Shown here: positions 1-13,300 of the stretch, piece after piece
Position numbering within the stretch: position 1 is the first letter of the stretch
Layout of the letters: each line of letters begins with the position of its first letter
From: Chiloscyllium plagiosum
Lineage: Eukaryota
DNA: 64,000 nucleotides
NCBI RefSeq assembly: GCF_004010195.1
Contig: NC_057718.1
Span: forward strand, 44,107,809 to 44,171,808
Reading direction: 5' to 3'
Translations under genes and position numbers: made by a program
The notes under the pieces: generated by a model
Told to the model about the DNA's origin: nothing
What the model saw: the letters and a program-made list of their open reading frames with translations, nothing else
The model's database searches: none

Positions 1-847
1 TGCTTAAAACCTATGTACTAATAAATTGAAGGTCTGTTTAATTGATTGCTTCTGTAGGGTTTATAAGCACCTGCTTTTCTCTCAAATGATTATGAATGGA
101 TTTTCTTTTTCCTCTAGCAACTTGATACATGCCAGTGTTACTATAGGGTTCACCATATCTATATAAGGTGTAAATGAGCACAGAGGTACCATTAATTGGC
201 ATGCAGTGTATAAGGGGTAATTTGGTCTGGGTGTGGTATGAGTTGTCATTGAGCTGGTATGGGAGATTTAAGGTACAGTTAGAGTAATAGGGTGGAAGGT
301 GTGTGATGGACTGATATTGGGAGTGCTAGAGGGACTTAAATGTGAGCAAAAGACCAGATCAAAGTCCCCTGTGGCTACTTCCAACTGCTTCTGAAATGCA
401 CTGACCCCTCCAATCCAAGGATCCCAAGATTTGGTATAACAGTGAGGAATTACTTCCAGCATTTCCACTGATCTTTCAGAAAGATTATTGGAGGAGAATG
501 GGAGAATATTGCAGTCATTCAAAGCCAGAGATATGTTGCTACAAAATGAATGCATAGTTCTAAAATCCAAGCTTACTGTTTGCATAATATGATGGAAATC
601 AAATTATCCCTATAATCCATACTAACTTTGAACTAAAAGACTAACTAAATTCTTTCTTTTTTATGTATGTTCCTTCATTGTATCAACTTTAGACTCACCT
701 TTAAATGTGTTTATGATATATGCAAGAAATATTGTTTCAAGTGAAAGAAATTTTAAATTCAACCAAAATTTACCCTGAGAACAATAGCATATGATTTACA
801 CATTACAACATTTTTTTAAGATATCTATGTGTGTCATTTAGACTAAA

Positions 848-1345
848 ACATAGAACATAGAACAGTACAGCACAGAACAGGCCCTTCAGCCCATGATGTT
901 GCGCCGACCATTAATCCTCATATCAGGTAAACCTAATGTACGAACCCTCAAATTTCTGTGACCATATGCATATCCAGCAGTCTCTTAAATGTCCCCAATG
1001 ACCTCGCTTCCACAACTGCTGCTGGCAACGCATTCCATGCTCTCACAACTCTCTGTGTAAAGAACCCGCCTCTGACATCCCCTCTATACTTTCCGCCAAA
1101 CCGCTTAAAACTATGACTCCTCGTGTTAACAATTTCTGCCCTGGGAAAAAGTCTCTGGCTATCAACTCTATCTATGACTCTCATTATCTTGTTCATCTCA
1201 ATTAGGTCCCCTCTCTTCCTTCTTTATTCTAATGAAAAAAGTCCGAGCTCAGTCAATCTCTCTTCGTAAAATAAGCCCTCCATTCCAGGCAGCATCCTGG
1301 TAAACCTCCTCTGAACTCTCTCCAAAGCATCCACATCTTTCCTAT
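848..1345 (-). mobile_element. CR1-group LINE, 3' fragment
   Basis: Minus-strand ORF 948-1196 encodes the CR1 ORF2 C-terminus (FFTQRVVRAWNALPAAVVEA...FKRLLD). It has a (CATAGAA)n-type tail at 848-863 and is near-identical to the + strand copy at 27096-27349. Confidence 0.9.
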
Positions 1346-2169
1346 TAGTTAGTTTACAATAGATAACAGCCAATCTATTTAAAGCATCAGCATTAGGCAT
1401 GCCTTAAAAGTAGTTTTTTTTTTAATATCAGGTAATAATTATAATGCATTTTCAGCCATCAGTTGGTTGAGCAAAGCCCATGTGTGCAGTTTCAACCATA
1501 TTGGGAATCAATTGTCACTTGAGAACATAACCCATTCTGGCATAAGCAGAGTCTATAAAGTAGTGGTTTATTTCTCCCAAAAGCCACTGTTGGAATTATT
1601 TACTCGTTCTACTAAAAAAGTGAAGTAGAAATAGGATAAATGACTTGTCAGCAGTGGTTTACTAAAAAATAAGTCATGTGGCATTGTGATTATATCACAC
1701 TCTTACCCTTTGATCTTTTGGATTGTGGTGTTTGGTATTGATGGCTACTCTCTATTAACAGCGTGTTTGAGAGTATTATGATTTCTAATTAAACAACCAA
1801 TAATATTTTTATTGTTGTGGCACAATTCTCCTGCTGATTCTTTACATATGCAGTCAGAAGTTTGCAATAATTCAATACACTTCTAGCTTGAATCTCATAA
1901 CTGCCATATTTAAACAACATATCACCAATCCCCCTGTATGCAATCTCTTTGTTTCAGGCACAATTTGAGCAGAAGGATTTCTAGAAGGCTTGAAAATCCA
2001 TCGGGGATGATTAGCTTCCCTGTTATTTTTTCTTATAATGTTTTATGCTGGAGATGCCCTTCTGTTGCTAACATGTTGCAATAGGACATTTTAGTTTCTT
2101 TTGCCATCGCCATTATCTCAGTCTTGACTCTGTCACTACCACTCTCCCATCTGACACAAATGTTGCAGA

Positions 2170-2700
2170 TTAGTGACCCACTTTAGGTCTTCAGTGCAGA
2201 AGTCTAGGTTGATACTCTGGTGCAGCTGTGTCAAAGTTACCATCTTTTGTTTGAGGCATTAAAGCAATGCTCTATCCTCAAATCATTTCTATAAAAACAA
2301 AAACAGAAATTGCAGGAAAAGCTCATCAGATCTTGAAGTATTCATGGAGAGGAAGCAGAGTCAACATTTTGGGTCAGTGATCTTTCTACAGAAGGGTTCT
2401 GCAGTTCTGAGAAAGGGTTACTGGAACTGAAACATTAACTCTGCTTTCTATCCATAGATGCGGTCAGACTGCTGAGTTTCTGCAGCAATGCCATTTTTAT
2501 TTTTGATTTCCAGCATCTGCGGTTCCTTGTTTTGCTTCCATAAAATAAACAGGTTATTTGATTATTTATCTTATTGCTGTTTCTAGGACATTGCTGTTTT
2601 AGAATAATGACTACACTAAAAAAAGACAATTGAAGTGCTCTCAAGTGTTTTGGGACATTCTACAGTTATGAAAGGTATATATAAATGTGAGTAATTTCTC
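2170..2700 (+). mobile_element. Old Deu-domain-type SINE remnant, interrupted by a hairpin element
   Basis: Degenerate core at ~2200-2280 and an L2-like tail (ttgggacattc...tgaaaggtatatataaatgtgagt) at ~2650-2692. Family assignment is from recalled consensus. Confidence 0.45.
2293..2533. mobile_element. Penelope-derived palindromic (hairpin) element
   Basis: Arm aaaacagaaattgcaggaaaagctcatcag...gcagagtcaacatttt is mirrored by gaaacattaactctgc...ctgctgagtttctgcagcaat. Related half-copies occur at ~5520-5630, 55340-55435, 61120-61210 and 63520-63625. Confidence 0.7.
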
Positions 2701-3216
2701 TGTGCATATAGACACTGAGAACTGATACAGATATTGTACTAATGATAAGGTTGTAAAGCAGCTATTATCTGTGTTGGTTCTCTATTGTGCCTTATAATCA
2801 TGCCAATTAAAACTGTAAAAGCACTAAAATATCTTTCAAGCAGTTTATTAAGTCTAATAAAAACCCAGTTATGTATGTTACCATTGTATAGATTATTTAA
2901 TAATAGATGCTTGTGTCAAAATAAATAATCTCATGATATAAAACATTGGGGTAAATATCCCATACAATTGGATAGTATTATATATAAAATGATCACTTTG
3001 TTTATTATCTATAGTTTATGATATTTACCACAATTAATGTGGTTCATTTGCTTATATGTCAGAAAATTTTACAGACTAAGAAATTCTGGACTTTAGATTC
3101 GGTGCATCTCTGAATAATTTACATCCATTAAGACATTAGATGCTCCATTCTTGAAAGATATAATGAGATTACTATATAACATCTCTCTCTATTTTATATT
3201 TTACTATTTTAGCAAG

Positions 3217-3411
3217 AACTCTTAGAATTGATTGGATATCCCTAGACGACCAAATGATATCATCCAAGGATATGAAATTAGGAGAAGAACATCGCATCAA
3301 TGTCTCATGTCATGAATTCAAAAGGCAGATCAAAACAGTCAATAGTGTGTTTATATTCAATAAAAAATAAATGAAAGTATCTGTGGTCAGGGATATCCTC
3401 TTATCTGCAAG
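3217..3411 (+). pseudogene. USH2A: Usherin pseudo-exon (about human exon 48)
   Basis: After AG at 3215-16 it reads RTLRIDWIS/PRRPNDIIQGYEIRRRTSHQCLMS*IQKADQNSQ*CVYIQ*KINESICGQ, versus recalled human RSLQIDWVSPRKPNGIILGYDLL...CKAVRCQKPESICGH. Lesions: 1-bp deletion at ~3241; stops TGA 3313, TAG 3343 and TAA 3361; the expected donor reads GGAGT rather than GT. Confidence 0.88.
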
Positions 3412-4180
3412 GGAGTCAAGTACTGAAATATATTAATTGTTTTGCAAATGCCATAAACTTTCTATAAATAGAAGACTGGAGGGAATTGTTTTGATACTTG
3501 AGGCAGAATCTTGAGATTATAATCCCTAGTGGAAAAGCAGGGTCATTTTTGGATCAGGATACCAATTTACTGGTCTGGGCAATACCAATGCTCTTTCCCA
3601 GACTAATACAAGCATCATCTGGTTTCTGGGTTTGCCAAACTCGCCATATTGGATTTTGAATGGATTTTTTTCCTGTTCTCTGAGAACAGCAGGAGGCGGC
3701 CTGCCAACACCACCAACATTTTTGTGCACAACTCTCCTCTGACCATCAAATCTTGGTGTCCTCTCCAACTTGCTTCTTAAATATCCATTTCATCAGATAA
3801 CAATCATGCACATCTCTTGCTCTATTGACCTTTTGCGCCCTTTTGCTCACAGTTACTTCCTACAAATATTGACCCTTTATCTTCAGCAATAATTTGACCT
3901 CTCACTAACTGTTTAAATTTTCTGATTGTAGGAGATTGTCCACCTCTCCAAGGGAGAAATTGAGTACTGTTGGTGCACCCATGGAAATCGTGATGTGGAG
4001 GTTCCATTGTTGGATGGGGATGGACAAGGTCAGAAGTTGCACGAGACCAAGTTATAATCCAACAGGTTTATTTTCGGAACGTTGTTCTTTTGTCAGGTGA
4101 AGTGTGGCCACCATTGAGAAGGAAACCCTGGAGATAACATCGTGTAGCAGCTCAGGCTGTTGTTGATGGGGAGACGAGTG

Positions 4181-4236
4181 ATCCATAGGCTTGATGACAG
4201 CATTCAATATCCATAGGCTTGATGACAGCATTCAAT
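4181..4236. repeat. 28-bp tandem duplication
   Basis: atccataggcttgatgacagcattcaat occurs twice back to back. Confidence 0.9.
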
Positions 4237-5084
4237 AGCACTTGGCACTTAAATTGTGCCTTTGTTAAATCAGTGTCACCGTACATTAGATGTCATGATC
4301 TGCATTATACTAATTTTGAATCCAATTTCACCTGCCTCATGACTGACTTGTGCCTCCCAGAATTCCAGTGACAGAGAAGATATGGGAGGAGTCTAGGAAG
4401 TCCCCTCACGAGTCCCAGTACTGTGATTCCTGCACAACCTCCATTAGCACAGATACATACACCTTGTGAGTCTAACACCAACAAAAGAAAAAGTGGCATA
4501 CAATAAAAAGCACATTATACATGAGCAAGTGTGGGCAATGGGCACAGAGGCAGCAGTGGAGAGTTCTTGTTTTAGGGCACAGGATGGTTTAAGCTCTGCT
4601 CAGCTGAATATGGTCATTAAGCCTTGGGGCCATACACTGATGTGATACCTGTGGAGTGGCGACAAAAGCTGTGTCAGCATTTCTGAAAAAAATGTGTACC
4701 CTTCACCATTAAATAGAGGAGTCCATTTATAGCACAAGTGTCTTGGTGTCTCAAACATTTGCATTGACGATCACCTCCACAGAATGAGTGCCCAATCTCA
4801 TGGACAATTAGATGCACAGGGCACAAGTACACAGTAGTCCACATCAATTGTCTGGCTGCCAGTTTACGTAAGATTAATCAAAATATGGTGGGTGAATGGC
4901 CTGCTGCCATGCAATTGAGTGCTCTCACATTCTTGGCTGAGAGGGAAGCCCAGCTGAGCCCTGAGAAGGAAGACAGAGAAAGATCTCATCATGCTAGTGG
5001 CTGTCCTTAGGCACTCAAACCTTTCAGCTCTATTCTTCCCTTCCTCCTGACAAAGCCGTGTGAGATGTTTCCAATCTAATGAGT

Positions 5085-5373
5085 ATGATGGTTAGTACAG
5101 TAGCCTCATAGCGCCAGGGACGCAGGTTCAATTCCAGCCTTGGGCGACTCTCTGTGTGGAGCTTGCACATTCTCCCTGTGTCTGCATGGGTTTCCTCCTC
5201 CAGTCCAAAGATGCGCAGATCAGGTGAATTGGCCATGCTAAATTGCCCATTGTATTAGGTGTATTAGTCAGAAGGAAACGGGTCTGGGTGGGTTACTCTT
5301 TGGAGGGCCTATGTGGAATTGTTGGGCCGAAGGGCCTGTTTCTACACTGTAGGGAATTTAATCTAATCTAAAA
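5085..5373 (+). mobile_element. tRNA-derived SINE (HE1-like)
   Basis: tRNA-like head (tggttag...ggttcaattcc), core ttgcacattctccctgtgtctgc, tail gggcctgtttctacactgtagggaat(ctaat)n. Confidence 0.85.
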
Positions 5374-6149
5374 CCCCAATGACAGAGTCAGACCTGCACA
5401 GATGTAAATGGGATAGTCTTTGACAGGGCTCTCATAGGCTTCAGAGCTCAGATGGTCTTTGCCACTGCCATTTTGTGGCTCAACAAAGGATTAAAACTCT
5501 GCCGTTAGTGTATTTCATGTAGCACCATTTGCCAATCAGAAGAGTCATTGAACTCAATAACTCCACTTTATGTCCACAGGTGTTGCCAGACCTGCTGACT
5601 TTCTCCAGTACCTGCTGTTTTGTTTTAGCCCGACTTTGATTGTTAGCAAATATTGCGAGGCTTGCTTTAGAGCAAATCATATGACCCTCCCCCCCCTTTT
5701 TTTCTTTAATTTAAAGACTGCCTCAAAAAATAATAATCTTGTAAATCATATAATTTTAAAGTCACCATCATCTGAACAGACCATAGGAAAGTTCCCTGAT
5801 TAGAGAGGGACAACTGGTTGTGGGGGTTACCACAATTCAGGCGGGTGGAGTGGTAAAGGAGGAGAATCCATTATGGTAACCTCAGCCAGTGCAGGAATTA
5901 AATCCACATTGTTGGCATCATTCTGGATCTCAAACTAGTCTTCCAGCCAAGTGAGCTAAACCAACCCCCACATAATTATAACAGTGCATCATAGAAATAG
6001 AAATCTCTAAGAGGGAAATCTATCCCTGAAGACACATCATGATACTCCCCATTTTGCTGATCTTCTTCCAATGATGTAGTATGATCTTCACTTTCTTCTT
6101 GCCTCTTATGACAGATCTAGTCCTCTATAATCCTGGACATTCTTGTTGG

Positions 6150-6790
6150 ATCATATTGAAGGGCATCACCAGATATGACCATGCAGCAGAACCTTTTCTT
6201 AAGTAATCCAATTATTTGGCATTTGGGCTTCAAGGGATGTCTTTTGGCCCCAAGAAGCCAAGTATGGAAGTGATCTGGAGGAAGGAAAACCTGCTGTATA
6301 TGGAACGGCCAAAAGATAAACAACTAGAGAAGCTCTCTGGATATCCAAGGACAGACTTGCATTATGGTCCTCTGATGAGAGCACAAGCCAGTTGCACGTT
6401 AAAGGGAATGGAAGTCATTCCTATGAACCAAAGCACCTGGCTGATACAATGTTGCCTTAATTACCATGTGAGTTCAGTTTCTGACCCCCTGGAGATGTGG
6501 ATAGCTGATAACTGAAGCAACCCCAAAAGCTCTCTGGATTTGACTGGAAGCAACTATAGTTGAGTTCTCTAATGCAAAGCAATCCTGTCGTGAGATGGAG
6601 ATTGTGAGATCCAACAGATGTCACCCACCAATGACACAAAACACACAGATGAAGATGATTTGAGAGTTACGCTCACCTTGACAGCCATGGGCAACACATG
6701 AGAGCCACTGATCTTGTTGGAGGCTTGCTTCCACAAGGTTGTAAATGCCTGCAATGGCCTGCTGCAAGAACCTCAGCCTTCTGAAACCCT
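6150..6790 (-). mobile_element. Decayed PIF/Harbinger transposase remnant
   Basis: Frameshifted minus-strand motifs in order: LPMAVKV, FHSL/NVQLAC, GYPES, WLLGAKRHPLKP. These resemble the HARBI1-type motifs LPVAVKV, FHSLNVQLVC, RYPGS and WLLGDKGYPL. Confidence 0.6.
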
Positions 6791-9483
6791 ACTTGTGAAT
6801 GAAAAGAACACAATGGCCATTTCAAGCATCGCTTTCAATGCCCGTACATAAGTATTTGCCAACACAATGAGAAGCTTACATCAAATACAGGATGTTCACG
6901 CACACAAACCCTAGAAAGTCCAGTGAGTAGCCACAAACTTCAAATCGTTTCCATGAGGTAACATCTTCTAAATATTACCAACATGCCTTTTTGAACAGGT
7001 TGTTCAGCCACCTTAAAATTCACTGTGCACATTCACGGCAAGTTGGGGTCACATTTCACCCCTTTTCAATTTCAGCCGACTGCCCAATCTTTCAGCAGGG
7101 GAGGATGGGGGCTGGAGAAACAGGATGGGGTTACAGGGCTAAAATTTCACCTTGCTTGGATGATTTCTTCCCTGAAGATGTTGTATGTTAAAAGATGTGG
7201 CTTCTGTTCAGCTTTTTGACAAAAAAGACTTATTTTACTGAAAAATAAATCACTTTGAAAGTAAAATGCAAGACAGAATCCACAATGAAAGTATATTGTG
7301 TGTTTTTGAATTATTGAGCAGTATTCTAAAATGACTTTACTTAAACTAAGATGCTGGAGAAACTGAGGGAGGACTATGTTTGAGAAGCAGCTACAGCTCA
7401 CCGACTAAGTCCCAAAATACTGATTTATAATCAATTCTGTGTGCAGCTTAAATATTTTATTTATTTCACAGGAATGCCAATAGTAAATATCTCTTTGTTT
7501 CAACAAAGGCTTTCCAAATATATGCTATTTTCTGATTGCTGCAAGAAAGTAATAGATTGTTTACATTTATGTTAAAAGGATTTCTCCTTTAAATCTTTTC
7601 ATCAACACAAGATTGAGCATTCATTAAAAATAGCTTCAGAGACAAATCTATGATTGTACTTGTATCATTCTTGGTAGTGAGTGTAGTGCTACGAAACACG
7701 GGTATGAGGGCTGCATTGCAGATATTCTGATAGCAGCAGCAGCAGAGTAAACTAAGAAACTTGAGATGGAATTTGAATCGGACCACACATTGACATTCAG
7801 ACTTCCTGTGGAGGATGAGTTATGCCAGGGAGAGTAGAAAAGTGATTGCGCAAAAACCAAAATGTTGATGAATTATGCCTTAACAAACGAATAATACCAC
7901 TGATATTTTCTTTGGAGACAAAGCAAGTTAGATTACTTGAACTAAGGAAGATAATGTTTCTATTGAAGGTTGGGGGATAATAGACATAAACAAATGGAAG
8001 ACACTAAAATTGTAACAAAGCTTATTCTACAGTATTAATCATCAGAATTAATGGGAAAATGATGTATATACCAAATTTATGTTTTTAATGCTTCTGAACT
8101 GAATTTAAGTCTTATTTTTTCTTTTGTACAGAACTGAACAATACGCTTTCACAGATCCCAGCCACCATTTTGCTTATATGGATATTCTTTATGTATGAGA
8201 CTAGGCTGTGAATGTCAGTGGTGTTATTGTGACAAGAGGAATGTGCTGATAATCATTCCCCACTACTCACACCATTAGTACAAATATTTTAACTTAATCA
8301 CCAAAATGGCCAATTGTTTCCCTTTTGCTATCCAGATTTTTAAACAAAATTCACCAAGTTCCTTTAATAAACTCAAGGCTAATCCTTTTATCATATGACA
8401 ACACTCCTAAACACAAGAGGCAAAACCGGAGAAAAGAAATTGTAACTTGGAATAAGACCTAATCCTCTTTTGATCCCAAAACAAATATGATCACTTAATA
8501 TAAAGGACAGCAAAGACTCTACAGGGATGATATTCTGAAAGAATAGAAAGAAATAAAACACCCTTATTAGCTAATGACTGTGTAACAAACATTAGAATAT
8601 GATGAATTTTGTCAGTTCACTGGGTATCTTCTGGACAAAATGGAATGGCTGACAGCCGTAAACTGATGAAAGATCTTCCAAGCATGCCCAATAGATGGAA
8701 ATCAGGCTGATTCCAACTCTTTGGGAAGCGATCACAGTTCAGTTTCTCAGGGTTGACAGGGTGTCAAAATATTGAGATGTGGAAACTTTATCAGGTTCCC
8801 AATAACATTAATTTCCTTCCATTTCCATTGCTCCCTCTGTCTCCTTGATTGAACCCCTCTTTGCTGATCAGTCACAGTTCCCTCTCTTCCAATCATTCCT
8901 CTATCTATCGAACTGTCTCTGTCTCTCCCTCTCTTGCAGAACTGGAAAAGAAATACAGCAACTCAAAATGTACATCCACTTCACTGGTGAGCAACTTGGA
9001 GACAGTGTGTCTACAACTCACCAACCAAATTTAATCAGGCCCAAGTTTCAAACAGGTCTTGGCATTTTGTTCTCATCCTGTCGGGCAGCAATGTCCAAAT
9101 TCATTCCTATTGACTTTAATTTGATCACTGTCTATGATACGTGAGTTTTTCTTTAGTAGCCTCATCACGTACCATTAATGTTTTCTGTGAACTGCATACA
9201 GTTCAACAGGGTTTTTGATGTGGCAAAATTAAAAAGCTATTGTAGTGGTCTGCTTTTGTTGAAAAACATACATGTGTAAGTGTAGATGGAGTCATTTATC
9301 ATAATTAACAATGCAAAGGTTAGTTTGTTGAGCAGCTTTGAACCATTTCAAACTCTTTCTTGATTCACTGAGTCCCAACTTTATAGTTGAGCAGCTTCAT
9401 TACCACTGAAGTTTTACTCAGTTGTTACAGTGGGAAAACTGATTATGTGTTTTGCATGAAATGCTCCATAATATTCTTAATAG

Positions 9484-9652
9484 GTTTGCTGTGATGGAGT
9501 GCTGTACAGCAGTCTGCCAGGCTATGCTTGCTGTGAAGACAGATACATTGTGTCAAGTTTGAATTCCTTCGTAGTTTGTTGTGGTGGGTTTCTCCACACT
9601 TTACAATCTGGATTTCACTGCTCTGGGACTTACTACATCAGAGCTCTGCCAG
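9484..9652 (+). pseudogene. USH2A: Usherin exon (about human exon 49), reading frame open
   Basis: AG 9482-83 and GT 9653-54 flank a 169-bp exon, the same length I recall for the human exon. It encodes VCCDGVLYSSLPGYACCEDRYIVSSLNSFVVCCGGFLHTLQSGFHCSGTYYIRALPG, versus human VCCNGVLYNPKPGHRCCEEKYIPFVLNSTGVCCGGRIQEAQPNHQCCSGYYARILPG. Confidence 0.93.
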
Positions 9653-10388
9653 GTAGGCAAGACTAATTTTTTGTGAGCTCTGTTGTTTGATTATGCACTG
9701 ACATTCAGTATTTGACATTTTTAGTATGATTAAATGACTTGTGCTCATTTACTCCTCAAATGAATCTCACGATCTTAAGTGTATCATGCACTAGAGACAT
9801 ACGTACTGGGAGTAAAAGAAAACTGACCTCTGTATAGTGATAGTATTCTACAAAGCTAAACTCTGTCAATATATGTCATCACAAATCATATCCATGTTAA
9901 AATCTAGTTTGCAAAATTACCCATGTGTTTCCAGTCGTCCAGAGCTATTAAAGATCTTTGAATAGAAAAGAATAGAATATCCTTTATTGTCATGTATACC
10001 CCAGTACAAAAGTACAGGAGTACAGTGAAAAGTATTTATAGAGGCTGCCTTTGATCACACCATCTTAGCTACAAATACCTAGGTATAAATTTAGATACAC
10101 AAGAGGATTAAAAGGAAAAGTAGTAGCATTACTTATAGTGTGTAGAAATTAAGTTAAAGATATGATAGTTGTAACAGAGTTAAAGGTTTACATTACAGTC
10201 CAGTAAAGAATTTCAGATCGCAGCAGCTCAGCATATGATCTGACCACAAGCACCAGGCACAAGCCCAACAACTGCCCCGCTGCTTTCCAGCCTCCAGATC
10301 CCTCCTCACTGGCACTCAGCTGGCACTCAGCTGCAACTAGGTAAGGCACATGGTACCAGGACTCATTTCACTTCGCACTGCACCAGAT

Positions 10389-13300
10389 CTCGGGTATTCC
10401 CCCTCACCCCGCTCCAATACTCGGATAATCCCCCCTCACAACGCCGCAATACTCCGGTATTAACCCCTCACCCCGCTCCAATACTCCGGTATTCCCCTTC
10501 ACACTGCTCCGATACTCGGGTATTCCCCCTACTCGGGTTTCCCCCTCACATCGCTCCGATACTCGGGTATTCCCCCTACTCGGGTTTCCCCCTCACATCG
10601 CTCCGATTCTTGGGTATTCCCCCTCACCCCACTCCAGTACTCAGGTATTCTCCCTCACATCGCTCCGATACTCGGGTATTCCCCCTCACATCGCTCCAAT
10701 ATTCGGGTATTCCCCCTCACACCGCTTCACTACGCGGGTTACCCCTCACATCGCTCCAGTACTCAGGTATTCCACCTCACATCGCTTCAATACTCGGGTT
10801 TCCCCCTCACTCCGCTCCAATACTCGGTATTCCCCCTCACACCACTCCAATACTCGGGTATTCCCCCTCACATCGCATCAATACTCGGGTCTCCCCCTCA
10901 CTCCGCTCCAATACTCGGGTATTCCCCCTCACACCGCTCCAATACTCGGTATTCCCCCTCACACCACTCCAATACTCGGGTCTCCCCCTCACTCCGCTCC
11001 AATACTCGGGTATTCCCCCTCACGTCGCTCCATTACTCCGGTTTCCCCCTCACACTGTCCCAAAACTCGGGTATTCTTACTCGCATCGCTCCAATACTCG
11101 GGTATTTCTCCTCAGCCTGCTCCAATACTCGGGTATTCCCCCTCAGCCCGCTCCAATACTCGGGTTACCCCTCACATCGCACCAATACTTGGGTATTCCC
11201 CCGCACATTGCTCCAGTACTCAGGTATTCCCCCTCACATTGCTTCAATACTCGGGTTTCCCCCCATACCCTCCAACACTCGGGTTTCCCCCTCAAACCAC
11301 CCCAATACTCAGGTTTCCCCCTCACACTGCCCCAAAACTCGGGTATTCTCACTCGCATCGCTCCAATACTCGGGTTTTCTCCCTCACATTGCACCGATAC
11401 TCAGGTTTCCCCCTCCCACTGCTCCAATACTCGGTATTCTCCCTCACATCGCTCCAATACTCAGGTATTCCCCCTCACATCGCACCAATACTTGGGTGTT
11501 TCCCCCCCAACCCGCTCCAATACTCGGGTATTCCCCCGCATACCGCTCCAATACTCGGGCATTCTCCCTCACATCGCTCCAATAAACGGGTTTCCCCCTC
11601 ATACCAATCCAATACTCGAGTCTCCCCCTCACTCCACTCCAATACGCGGGTTTCCCCCTCACTCCATTCCAATACTCGGGAATTCCCCCTCACTCCGCTC
11701 CAATACTCGGGTATTCCCCCTCACATCGCTCCAATATTCGGGTATTCCCCCTCACTCTGCTCCAATGCTCGGGTATTCCCCCTCAGTCCACTCCAATACT
11801 CGGTATTCTTCCTCACATCACTTCAATACTCGGGTTTACCCCTCACATCGCACCAATACTCGGGTATTCCCCCTCACACTGCTCCAATAGTCGGGTATTC
11901 CCCCTCAAACCGCCCCAATACTCAGGTTTCCCCCTCACACTGCCCCAACACTCATGTATTCTCACTCACATCGCTCCAATACATGGGTTTCCCCCTCACA
12001 CCACTCCAATGCTCAGGTATTCCCCCTCACACCACTCCAATACTCAGGTTTCCCCCTCACACCGCTCCAATACTCAGGTATTCCCCATCAGTCTGCTCCA
12101 ATACTCGGGTATTCCCCCTCACACCGCTTCAATACTTGGGTAACCCCCTCACACCGCTCCAATACTCGGGTCTCCCTCTCACACCGCTCCAATACTCGGG
12201 TTTCCCACTCACATCGCACCAATACTCGGGTTTCCCACTCACATCGCTTCAAAACTCGGGTATTCCCCATCAGTCCGCTCCAATACTCGGGTATTCCCCC
12301 TCACACCGCTTCAATACTTGGGTAACCCCCTCACACCGCTCCAATACTTGGGTCTCCCTCTCACACCGCTCCAATACTCGGGTTTACTCCTACCACTGCT
12401 CCAATACTCAGGTTTCCCCTTCACACTGCCCCAATACTCGGGTATTCTCCCTCACAATGCTCCAATACACAGGTCTCCCCCTCACACCACTCCAATATGC
12501 GGGTTTCCCCCTCACACTGCTCCAATACTCGGGTTTTCCCCTCACACCGCTTCAATACTCAGGTATTTCCCCTCAGCCCGCTCCAATACTCAGGTATTCC
12601 CCCTCACATCGCACCAATACTCGGGTATTCCCCATCAGTCCGCTCCAATACTCGGGTATTCCCCCTCACACCGGAGCAATACTAAGCTTTCCCCCTCACA
12701 CCGCTCCAGTACTCCGGATTCCCCCTCACATCACTCCAATACATGGGTTTCCCCCTCATACCCCTCCAATACACGGGTTTGCCCCATATACTGCCCCAAA
12801 AATCGGGTATTCTCAGTCGCATCACTCCAATACTCGGGTATTCTCCCCCACATTGCTCCAGTACTCGGGTTTCCCCCTCACATCGCTCCAATACTCGGGT
12901 TTCCCCTCACACCGCTTCAATACTCGGGTTTTCCCCTCACAACGCTCCAGTACTCAAGTTTCCCCCTCACATCGCTTCAATACTCAGATATTTCCCCTCA
13001 GCCCACTCCAATACTCAGGTATTCCCCCTCACATTGCACCAATACTCAGGTATTCCCCATCAGTCCGCTCCAATACTCGGGTATTCCCCCTCACACCGCT
13101 TCAATACTCGGGTAACCCCCTCACACCGCTCCAATACTCGGGTTTCCCCCTCACCCCGCTCCAATACGCGGGTATTCCCCCTCACACTGCTCCAATACTC
13201 GGGTTTCCCTCTCACATCGCTTCAATACTCAGGTATTCCCCCTCAGCCCGTTCCAATACTCAGGTATTCCCCCTCATATCGCACCAATGCTCGGGTATTC

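Noticed and set aside
1..3200. Search for the preceding usherin exon (about human exon 47)
   Set aside because: No recognisable match by eye; it probably lies upstream of the window or has decayed.
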